The position numbers and the translations under genes were made by a program. Below, one piece after another: positions 1 to 61,096 of a DNA stretch of 64,000 bases (its first letter is position 1; each line of letters begins with the position of its first letter). Under the pieces are notes generated by a model that saw only the letters and a list, made by a program, of their open reading frames with translations, had not been told where the DNA came from and searched no databases. The stretch covers positions 10,790,001 through 10,854,000 of the forward strand of contig NC_058383.1 in the NCBI RefSeq assembly GCF_018350175.1, written 5' to 3'. The DNA is from Felis catus. Taxonomy: Eukaryota.

Positions 1-473
1 AGGAGAATCAGGTTGCCGGCACCCTGGCAGCCTCTAGAGACGAGTCTGTCGAAGGAGAGGAGAGAGACAGAGCTCGTGGCCTCCGCGCCCTCACAGGCCT
101 CCTCCATCCAGGAGCCCGAGGGCGGCTGGCAGGCCCTCGCCGCTTGTGCCCTGCTTCTGGGGCCAGCCACCTGTCACCTGAGGCGTCCCTTCTGGTGTCC
201 CCTCCTGGGGACCCCAGAGCAGCTCTTGGCTGCCTCCAGCCCGGCTCGGCCCGGCCCTGGCCGCCAGTGCTCGAGGGCTCCAGCTGTGGCTTCTGTCCTC
301 ACCACGGGCCCCCGGGCCCCCGGCGTCTGTCCTGTTTATGCCAGGCACTTGCCTCCTGCTTTACTACTCTCATCTTCGTATTCTCTGTTCTGTGTAGTCT
401 GTTGGTTTTATTGAGTGGTTTTCTCCCCGCCTCGGGTTAGAGCCAGCCCCCCACCCTACAAACGAGGAAACTA

Positions 474-747
474 GGCGCGATGCCTGGGTGGCTCAGTCAG
501 TGAAGCGTCCAATTCTTGATTTCCGCTCAGGTCATGATCTCATGGTCGTGAGTTCAAGGCTTACATCGGGCTCGGTGCTGACAGGGCGGAGCCTCCTTGA
601 GGTTCTCTCTCTCTGCCCCTACCCTGCTCGCTCGCGCTCTCTCTCTCTCTCTCAAAATAAATAAACCTTAAAAAAACACTTAAAATTTTTTTTAAAGTTC
701 ATTTATTTTTGAAGGAGAGAGAGTCAGAGTACGAGCAGGGAAGGAAC

Positions 748-778
<31 letters not shown>

Positions 779-928
779 CACAGAATCTGAAGCAGGTTCC
801 AGGCTCTGAGCTGTCAGCACAGAGCCCCACAAGGGGCTCAGACTCACAAACTGTGCGATCATGACCTGAGCTGAAGTCAGATGCTTAACCGACTAAGCCA
901 CCCAGGCGCCCCCCAGAAACCCTTTAAA
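474..928. mobile_element. Can-SINE (+, ~474-675) with a second Can-SINE (-, ~685-912) in its tail
   Basis: tRNA-derived head gcctgggtggctcagtc, (CT)n and A tail. Outer TSD acaaaYgaggaaactagg at 458-475 and 929-946. Confidence 0.9.
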
Positions 929-3156
929 ACAAATGAGGAAACTAGGGTTTGGGGTAGTTGACCCAACGTGGTCCTCTTGGCAGGCCTTTGTCTGGGTCTC
1001 CCCGTGTGTGTGGCTTACGGCTCCTGGCCCGGCGCTCTGGCCCCTCTGTCCCATCCACAGCCGCTCTGGCCACATGGGACCCTCTCTCCGAAGCCTGGCC
1101 GTTTGTCAGAGGGGGGACTCTTCTCCGTCTTGCCTCCCTGAGTGCTCCCACCTGCTCGGGACAAGGAGTCAGGGGACAGCCCAAGCCGAGCCCCCTTTTC
1201 CTCCCTCCCTTCGTCTCAGTCCCTGGTTCCTTCCTAAATGGATTAGGACTCTGCAGGAAGGAGCCAACAGCGGTCTGGGTGACCCGGAGGCCAGGGCCGT
1301 CTGGTGCCTCCTGCTTTGCCCTGATTCAATTTGGGCCTCAGCAGCTGGGAGGCTGGCAGGCTGAGGTCCGTCTGGGGACGGCTCGAGGGGTGGCCGAAGG
1401 GAGGGGAGAAGCCTTCCAGCGCCCCGGGCCGGCAAACCTCTCAGCTGCTCACACGGCAGACCCTCTGGTGGTCTTCATGCCACAGAAGGCTCCAGGGGAG
1501 GCCACCGGCTGCCTGCCGGGCCCTTGGGATGTCCCGTACGTGGCCTGTCATGCCCTCAGCATCCCTTAATACTGTGGACTTCAAGCATTTGTAAAATTGC
1601 AACCTGGGAGAAGAAAGGAATTTTATAAACATTTAGAAGTGAACCCAATTCACATTCCGGCCAGCGGCTGCCTGGCCTGTTGTTAAAATCAATATTTATT
1701 CACAGCCAAATAGCAGACTGGGGCCAGAGCCGAGGCCGGAGCCGGGCTCCAGAGTGTTCCTCGTTCGTTTGCGTGTTTCCATAACCGAAGTTCGGACGCT
1801 TCTCACCTGGTTATGTGTGAGGCACTCTGACGCTTGATCTGCGTCACCGACCCGTGACTCACAGGAAGCCTACAGACTGCGGTTTGGACCACACCCCCCC
1901 CTTGGCCCGTCATGCACATCGGGCCTGAGCTGGGCCCCGGGGGTCACCAGCCCCTGCCCTCACAGGGCTTACAGTCCAAGGGGCAGCTGTGGTAACAGAA
2001 GGCATTCTGGGTCTGGCACCCTTTAAGGTAGCAGGCCCAGCTGTCAGCCCGCCCCCGGCGTCCCTGTGTGCAGGAAGCGAACGGGACGGGATCCACAGAC
2101 TCCCTCTGATGCTCACTCCCCTGAACTGGCCACCGGCACCTGGCCTGGGGCCCATGCACAGAGCCCTGGAGGAGCTGAGCCCAGAGAGGGAAACCCAGAG
2201 TCCCTGCCTCCACTCTCTGCCCTCTCCTTTGCTTGGATTGGCAAGAGGCCCTGGCACTGGGACAGCCTGTGGGGTGGGGGGGGGCTGCCCCCAAACCCTG
2301 GCCCTGACTCCTGGGGGTCTGGTGAGGGAGGGGCAGGGAGGAACTGGAAGCAGGGGAGGCTGACCTGTGTACCTAGTGGGTTCCCGTTCTGGGCTGCCTG
2401 GGGCAGCCCTGACATTGGGCCCTGGTCTGAGGGTGCCCCAGCGGGGGGAAAATGCTCCTCTGTCCTCCAGGATCCTCGTGACTATGGGACAAAGTCCTGT
2501 CTTGGGGAAACCCTGTTCTGAGATGAAGTGGCCTCTGCCCCACGGTATCTTTCTGAGCTCGGGGGGGCCTCGGGGCAGTGGCCTGGCCTAGGGAAGCCTG
2601 TGGCTTGAGAGTTGTGACGGAGGAGGCTGGGGACATGTGGGAGGCCAGCGAGGACGCCTGGCCCAGCTGGGGCAGGAAGGGGCAGGAGGTGGGGCAGCGG
2701 AGGGCACCTTGCCAGCAGAGGTGACCATTAAAAGCAGGGCGGGCAGTCGGTAGAGGACAGAGGGGCACTCCGGTCGGGGAGAATGGATGTGGGTATGTTT
2801 CAGAGACGGTGATGCTTGGCGTACCTGGAGCGTGGGGTGTGAGTGGGGGAGCTGGATGGGGGACAGGAGTCCAGAGGTAGGCAGTAGGGAGCCACGGAGG
2901 GTGTGTGAGCGAGGCAGAGCCACTGCCAGAGCTACGTGCAGGGGGAGAGTTGGTGGTTGAGGTGCCAGGCAGACTGGCCCTGGTACCGGCATTGCAGGTT
3001 CGGGGGACGTTTCGTGGAGCGCACTCCCCAGTCTCCTGCCGTCTGTGCCCGTGCCCCCGTGGAGCTGTGTGCAGGCGACTGTGTCTCCGGGCCTGTCGGG
3101 GCTCTGACGACTTCATGCGTACGAGACCCTGGTGTGAAGAGGTGGCCAGCTCTTGA

Positions 3157-52943
<49,787 letters not shown>

Positions 52944-53416
52944 GTAAGAGGCACCGGCCTGGGGGGCAGGGGGGGCTGCTTGGCGTGGGGGGCCGGCCGC
53001 TGCACTGGGGGCCAGAGGCCAGAGCCCAGATGCCCGTGGGACACCAGGCCCTGCCCTTCCGTCCTCCCACGTCCTCTGGGCACCGGCCCCGGGCACGAGG
53101 AGGAAGGTCACGCTGGAACCTGAGCCAGAGGAAGGCCCAGCCAGGGATCAGGAGGGCAGGTCGGTGCCCTCCACTCCTGATTAGGGGCCGGGTTGACCTG
53201 AGTGTGCGGGTGAGGTTGCTGGCAGGTGGTTTCTAACCACAGAGGGAGGGGCTTGCGCATAAGGACCTGCGAGCGAGCGAGCTTGGTGGTAAGATGCGGG
53301 TAAGTGCTTACTTGGCCTTGAATGGTAGGATGCTTCTCCTGATCGCCTTTCCAGGCCCCCGCCCCCTCCGCCTCCTCCATGGGCTGTGCCCTGGTCCTCC
53401 CAAACCCTGAACGAGA

Positions 53417-53522
53417 GGGGCGCGTGGCTGGCTCGGTGGGTGGAACATGCGACTCTTGATCTTGGGGTCATGAGTTCGAGCCCCATGAGCCCCATAGAGA
53501 TTACAAAAAAAAAAAAAAAAAG
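53417..53522 (+). mobile_element. Short-form Can-SINE
   Basis: ggggcgcgtggctggctc...gactcttgatcttggggtcatgagttcgagccc...tagagatta plus A tail. Confidence 0.8.
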
Positions 53523-56500
53523 GCAAAAAACCCAAACCCGGAATGAGCAGGGGTGACGTGACCATCTCGTGAGCGCTCTGGGCCGCCCAGGGTCTGCGGG
53601 GCTGAGGCTGCATGTGCTGAATCGTTGACCCCAGAACCTGTGTGCGGAGAGACTTGTCCCTGACCTCGCCCCCGCCCTGGCACCCGCCCCGAAGACGCTG
53701 CAGCTGCCCCTCGCCCTTAGGGAATGTCGCCCTTAGGGGGGCTGCACTGATGTGCTGGGAATGGAGGAGTGCCAGTGCCTGGAACCAACACAACCCGCAG
53801 GACAGGAATCCAGTCTCACGGTCACGGAGACTGGTCCCCTTGCCCACCTTGGTGCACACTGACCCCTGCTGCCTGGAGCGTTCAGTCCCTGGGCCCAGGC
53901 CTGGCTCGGTGAGCTTCTGGGGAAGGAGAGGCCATCAAACTGCAAGGGGACAGGACTTACCGAGGGGTGTAGTGATGGGGCGACTGCTGTTGTCCCGTGG
54001 GGACCCTAAAACGGGGAGCAAGAGCAGGGACTTGCACAGCTCCCTTCTCATCGGCCGTGGGAGCCACCCGTGGCCCCTGGCCTGTCCCTGCGCCGTGACA
54101 GACTGCTCGGCCCTCTGTGGACCTGCTTTGCTCCAGGACCGTGGTAGACAGCCTGTGGTCCGCTCACCCGCCCTGCGGCAGGGGCCCAGTCTGCGGCATC
54201 AGGCCCGGCTGGCTCCAGGCTCCGGGGCTGCTAGACATCAGTGCTGAGTGCCCCTGACTCAGCTCCCAGTCACTGCCTGGCCCACCTGGGTTTCTGCCTG
54301 AGTCACTGTCATTGCTGGGCAGCAGAGAAGGAAGGACAGAACAGCAGCGGGAAGAATGGCCAGGCTCCTTCGGCTTAGGGAGAGCAGAAATGCAGCGAGG
54401 TGGTCTGTGTGCTCCCAGCCCCTCCTTCCAGAAGGAGGCGTCCTCGTGGGGGCCCGAACATGTGACTGCTTGACTGCTTGGGCCGCAGGGCGCGTTCTTT
54501 AATGAGTTTGGAAAGCAGGAAAGGAAAAGTGATTCGTGACACCTAACGTGTCCCGGGCTGCAAGACGGGCGCTTTGCACTGTGACCTTTTCCTGCCTGCT
54601 TTGTGCGGGGGAAGAAACTGAGCCGGGGTGGGGGGACATCGGCGATTTGCCCAGCTGCCCCACCTGTAGCGAAGGAGCTCCAGAGCCCGCCTGCCTGCAG
54701 GGAGGCCCCGTGATCATGGGTGGCCTGGGATTCAGAACAGCCACCAAGCAGTGGCACGTCTGGGGCCGGGAGAGGGGGGGTCAGCCAGCAGCCTTCACGC
54801 AGACCGCAGGGTTTCTGGGCCTTTCCGCTAACGAGGGTTTGCCCTCCAGCTCGGGTTGCTCGCTGGCCCACTGGCTGTTGGGACAGCTTCTTGAATCTCA
54901 GCCACTGCCCCTGGAGGGGGGCGGCTGCCCCCCCCCCCCAGCCTCTGTGCCAGTCCGCTTGGCCACCCACCCACCCGGCCTTTGCTTTGGCTCTTCTGTG
55001 CGCAGAGAGCGCCCTTGGAAATGCTTTGTCTGCCCACGTGGTATGGAAGAGGGTGGCAGGCCGCCCGGAAGGGGAGATGGGGAGGGAGCTCTGGGCCAGC
55101 CCTCAGGAGGGAACCTGCCAGCGCCTTTCCAGGCATTGGCATCCCCGGCCGGCGGCAGCCTGGAGGGGCCGGGACAGACGGGCTGGCGAGCCGGCTCCGT
55201 GCTTACTCATGTCACTCGTCACGCTGGGCTGGGAAGGTGTCCAGGCTCCTGGGGCCTCCGAGGGTTCACCGGAGGTCACTTGAGAACCGTTCCCGTCCCG
55301 GACAGTCGCTGAAGGGAATTGGAGCAGGAGCTCAGGTCTCCGGCGGCATGTTTTCAAGTGCCGCGATATGGGGGAAGGTGGGCTGAGCCAGAGGCAGGTG
55401 CCCTGGGCACGTGGAGGGTGGCAGATCATCTGATTTGGGTTGTGAGTAGATGGCAGCATGTGAGCCGTGGGAAAGCACGGGCTGGTGCTCAGACAGACCC
55501 GGGTTCAAATCCCTGCACCGCCCCCTTACTAGCCAGGTGACTCTGGGTTCATTATTTCACACCCCCAAGCCTCCGCTTCCTCATCTGTAGGATGGAAAAA
55601 GGCATGCGTGCCTCCTTGGGTGGGCAGAACTAGGTAAATGGGTGGGCGGGGGGGTGAGGACTGTTTTCGCCCCGCTGTCCTGGGGAGGCTGCATCCTGAC
55701 ACCTGAGTGAGATGTTTGTAAACGCTTCGGCCCTGGGCCAGCTGTGATGGGAAGTGCTCAGCCACTGGGGGGGTAGCGGTGGTTGTTCCTGGGGCTTGGG
55801 AAGGCTTCCTGGAGGAGGTGGCACGGAGCCAGGCCTCGGAGATGAGCCAAAAACAGTGCGTGGTGCTATTGATGCAGGGCCCAGCCTCAGTGAAGGCACA
55901 GAGGGGCTGTCGGGGGACGTGGCTGGAGCACGGGTCGGGGGGGTGACACCCCATGGCCAGGAGGGTGTGGCATGTCATGACAGAGACATCTATCCATCCT
56001 GGGCACAGTGGGGCCTTCAAGACATTTTCCTGTTTCTTTTGTCCTCTTCCAAAAATATCGAATGCAAACTCAGAAGCACAAGACATGTAAAATTGAACCA
56101 GATTTCTACCGAAAGCCCCCCCATTGCGTAGTGGCAGAATCTGAGTCCATTGAGGATTCCCCTTTCCCCTGGGCCTGTGTCCAAGTTCAGGAGGGATCTG
56201 TAGTGCCGAGGAGTTAGGTGGAGGGCGCCCCCAGTCTTGAATGTCACGTGTCTGCATTGGTACCTACAAGATATCCACGGACATCTGTCCGTGCAGATGG
56301 CTGGAGAGATGCCCTTATTCCTACCCGTTGAGGCTTCCCCGGGGCCTGGAACCTTCTGTGAAGCCCGCGCCTCTAGCCCCTTGCACACTGTGGAGGTTTG
56401 AGCATGAGCAGGCCAGTGACTGGGGATGGCCCTTGTCGGCGGGCCATGCAAGGATGGGAGGGTGGAACCAGGTCGTGGGAAGGTGACTGTGCAGCACTGG

Positions 56501-58216
56501 ATGGGGGGGGGGGGGGTGGTGTGTGTGTGCAGGGGCGTGAGGCTTGGGAAGGGTGGGGGGCTTCCTGGGAGGAGATGGCTCTGAGATTTTCTAGGTTGTT
56601 TATCAAAGGCTCCCTTAGAAGCCTTTCCTAACAGGACCACCCGAGAAAGTGAATTCTAAAGAAAACCGTTCTGCTTTGAAGATAAATTGGTCGTTAAACC
56701 TGGGCCTTTTCACAATCCTTCCTGGATCTGTGGACGGGGCCAGAGTGGCGCGAGGGGTACGGCCGTTCCTGGGCCCGTTTTGTTCTGGGTCAAAAGAGAT
56801 GATCCCAGAGGCCTGTAAGTGTTGCCCCCACTGGGGACATCACATCTGCCCTCAGGGTCTCCGTTTCCCCACTGGCGCCTAGTAGCCCTCTCTGCTCATG
56901 CCGAGTGTTGGGCGGGAGCCTGGCCAAAGAAGATGGCGTCGGGCGAAGTCTCAGAGGACAGTGGGTGGGATTTCGGGCCTCTGGTCAGGAGAGCTGTGGG
57001 CTTCACGGACCCCTAAGGGGAGGGATGCTGGCCGGAGGGGGCCTGGTAGGGGACCCGGGCTGCTGAGGGATGGCAGGACCAGGCCCTCTGCTTGTCCTAG
57101 AGTGAGCCCAGCCCTGCCTTCAGTGGGCCAGGGTGACCCAGGCCTCAGGAGCCCTAGTGAGTGAGGCCCAGGGGGGATCCACGCTGCAGAAGTTCCTTGC
57201 CCCCTCGCTGGGCTGCTCCCCACCTCGCCTACCTGCGTGCAGGGCACAGAGTTAAAGCAGGGAGGCGGGGTGGGGCTGAGAGGCAGGTGGCTGGGGAGCC
57301 CTAGGACTCTCTGCCCTCAAAGTCCCAGGCACTCCGCTCTCGGGAACAGGTGCGCACCAGGGGCCACAAGTCATCGGGCCCCCACAGAGCACAGCGGTAG
57401 TGTTTGTCACAGAGAGGGTCTGGGTGAGCCCGGAGTGTGTTGTCAGCAGACCAAGTCCAGGCACTTTCCCCAAACCCAGAGGGTCCCCCCCCCCCCCCAC
57501 CGTGAACACCCAAGACAGCAGAGGAAGCTGATCAAGGGAATGCTGGGAAGGAGCAGTGGCAGCAGAGGAAGGAGAGGCCCTCAGCCCAGGGAGCTGGTGT
57601 AGTAACAACCCCAGAACATTCTAGCAGGTCATAAAACCTGAAGGGAAATGCAGATATGTGCCCATGGTGGAAATTTGGCAAGTGCAGAAATCTAACTGCC
57701 CAGATGGCTGTTCATTTTTATGATGATACATTTCTTCCAGATTTTCCCCCGAGCTTATTAATTTTACATCTCACTGTTGTTCTTTCTATAGATTTATACA
57801 CATACACACACTGGAAACATAAGCATTTTCCGATATTTTTAAAGTGCCTTATGATATTCCCTCATCAGGCTGCATCATCGTTATATAACTGCCCTGTCCC
57901 CTAACTGGGGACATTGGGCGACTCCTCACACACCGTGGACACCTAACATCCGTATCGTGCTTCTGATCTTCCGATTACAAAGCCTTCCCACAGCAGCCCC
58001 CGTGCTCTCCCCCAATAACTAATCTTACTGGAGGAAACCGAGGTTCAGAGAGGTTAAGAAACTTGTTCGAGGTCACACAGCATGTGCCCATGCCTCCCCA
58101 ATCTTTTATCCACACTGGGTGGCTCTTTGCTGCCCCCTTCTGGCTACCAGCATCTATAACATTGGTCCTGCCTCTCCCCCCTCAGGCTCACAATTAATCC
58201 TTTGGGTTTATTTGTA

Positions 58217-58335
58217 CAAAAAAAATATATGGAAGAGGCGCCTGGCTGGCTCAGTCAGAAGAGTATGCAACTCTTGATCTCAGGGTTGTGAGTCTGAGTC
58301 CCGCATAGGGTGTAGAGATTACTTACGAAAAAAAC
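58217..58335 (+). mobile_element. Short-form Can-SINE followed by (CA)n
   Basis: ggcgcctggctggctcagtc...gggtgtagagattactt; (CA)n at ~58338-58365. Confidence 0.8.
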
Positions 58336-60879
58336 CATACACACACACACACACACACACACACGCACGTGCGCGTGTTCATATATAGTGCCGGATTTAT
58401 GCCAAGCAAGATCTAGGAATACAAAATAGACAAAAAATCTCTACCCTTGTGGAGCTTTTTTTTTCTAACGAGAGAGACAGATAAATAAGGACAAATAGCA
58501 ACATATTTGATAGTGACAAGTGCTGTGGAGACATACAACACAGGACTGTCAAAAGGACACTTTTAAATAAGCCAGCAGGAGTTAAGGCCTGAAAGGAAAT
58601 GAGGGTATGAGCCGGGTAGAAATCCCAGTCGAAGCATCTGCGGGAGGAGGCAGTCCGTGCAAAGGCCCTGAGGCCCTGGACATATTTTGAAAGTAGGGCT
58701 AACAAGATTGACAATAGAGTGAGTGTGGGGTGTGAACAACAGATTTTGTCCTGAGCAGCTGGAGGGCGAGAGGGATCGGGGTCTGAGTGTCATCCAAGTG
58801 GCTGGGTTGGAGAAGCAGGGCTGCTGGAGACGTGCCGGGCGGGAGCCATTTTGCACGTAATGCATTGTAGTCACGACACCAGATCACAGTGGGGAGAGTG
58901 TGGGCAAGTGGAAGGGGTCGAAATGTGAGCTCTGTCCCTCCTGCGTGTAGGGGTTGGAGAGCTAAGGAGAGGCAGGTGGCCAGAAGCCAAGTGAGAGTCT
59001 TACAGAGTGACCACCTGGGCCAGATGAAGTATGGGGGACCTGAGACTGGACCGGGGGGTGAGCAACCCCCAGAGGTCACCCCTCACAAGCCTACCAGGTA
59101 CATGCTGTTATTCCCATTTCACAGCTGAGCACACTGAGGCTGCGAGAGGCAGCCTGGCTTAGCACGGAGCCAGAGTCGTACCCAGGTCTGTGCTCTTCTG
59201 GAGCCTGAGCAGGGGGTGTTGGGCACTAGGGGAGGAGGGTAGCAAAAGAATGAGGCTGGAATTACGAAAGGCCCGGACCCAGACTTTGCTGGTGACTCAA
59301 GCTTTATCTTGTAGCATCGGAGGCTTTTTTTTTTTTCTTGGTCAATGAAATGATAGGATTCGAGTTGAATTGTCTTACAATTACCATGGCAACCGTGAAT
59401 CCACCCACCAGGGGTGGATTGGAGAAGGCAGAACTGGGGCATCCAAGCCAGGGAGGGTTGCGGAAGCTGACCCCAGGCGGCAGGCGGCAGGACCTGGAGA
59501 CAGGTGGCGCTGGGATCTAGAGGTGGCAGCAGTGTGGGAGGGAGGGCAGGCGGAAGGTTCCAGAAGGGTGATGATGATGGTACCTTTGCCCAAGGCTGGG
59601 TCTTTGGGCCCACGAGACATCCAGGGGCAAATGGGCACTTGGTGGGACCCGATCGGTGCTTTAGAGCAGGCTGGCGACGGGGCTGGGCACACTCTGTGTG
59701 AGGGTGGCAGGTGCCGTCACCACTGAGGCCAGTGTGTCGCCAGCGGAGAGGGCCCACGGGGCACACTGACCTCCAGAGGGCCTTGAAGGAAAAGAGTCTG
59801 TGAAGGAACAGAGGGAGGCGGAGCCCGCGGAAAGGAGGTGGAAGAATTTGCTGGTAAAAAGAGCTGAGAGCAAGGTCCTTCTGGGCAACACGAGCAAGAT
59901 GAAGAGAATCACATTCTAGAACTTTTCTCAAATAGCAGTGGCAAAAAGAAAAAGAAAAAACAACCAACCTTGTTGGGTAGTGAGTTCCCTGTCCCTGGAG
60001 GCATTTCAGTGGAGGTTGAGCAGCCACTCAGCAGAGAGACCAGTTCCCACAGGGTGTGCTGCTGGGGAGGGAGGACTGGCTTTCCCAGCTGGAGCCACCT
60101 CGGCTTGACCTGCACCTGCCAACCTGGAGAAAGGGAAGTCCTGGCCGTTTCGAACCTGGAAGGGCTCCGAGGGTCCTCCTCTCGCACCTCAACACTTCCC
60201 GGGGCCTCCCAGCTCCCGAGCTTCCCCGGGGGCCCCCTCTGGTGTTTGGAAACCACATGGTAACCCCGAGCTGGGTACAAGGCCCGGCCGCCCGGCCCCC
60301 GGCTCCTTCCTGGGCGAGTGCACTGGTTCCCTGGGGACCCAGGCCCGCAATCTCTCCTCTGGTTCTCCCCCCACCCCAGAGGTGCAGCCCTCCCCGCCAG
60401 CTCGAGCGATGACCAGCCGGGGGCCAAGAGGCAGGCCCCCCTCCTCCCCACTGCCACCCCAGAGCCGGGGTCCGGGTCCCAGTGACAGAGCAGGGCTGCC
60501 GACTTCCTGTGTGACTCCAGCAAGTCAGCTTTGCCTGCCTGGGCCTCGGTTTCCCTACTTGTGGAACGGGAAGGTGCCACGCCAGGGGCGTCCTGGGACG
60601 CGCGGCCAGGGCCGGGAGGGGAGGGCCGGGTGGCCCGTCGTGTGCGGGAGGTGGCGAGGCGGAGAGGCCGGCCAGGCGGAGCGTGGAGGGCCTGGAAGGC
60701 CTGGCTTTGCAGCGTGGACTCGACCCTGCAGACCCGGCCTTGGCAAGCCCTTCCGCTGACGTCCCCGAGGCCAGAGCCAGAGCCCCCCTGGGGGCAGAGC
60801 CGAAGTTCCGGCGGGGGTGGGGGGGCCAGCTTTATCTCGGAAGTCCCCGACAGTCTGCGTCCTAAACTCCCCACTGAAA

Positions 60880-61096
60880 ATTATTTTTATTTATTTATTT
60901 TTTTTTTTGAGAAGGAAAGAGAGAAAGAGCATGAGCAGGGGAGGGACAGAGAGGGAGGGAGACAGAGAATCCCAAGCAGGCTCCGCAGTGTCAGCACAGA
61001 GCCTTATGCGGGGCTCGAACCTATGAACCCTCAGGTCGTGAGCTGAGCCACAATCAAGAATCAGATGCTTAACCGGCTGAGCCACCCAGGTGCCCC
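60880..61096 (-). mobile_element. Can-SINE
   Basis: Reverse-complement head; flanks ctgaaaat on both sides. Confidence 0.9.
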
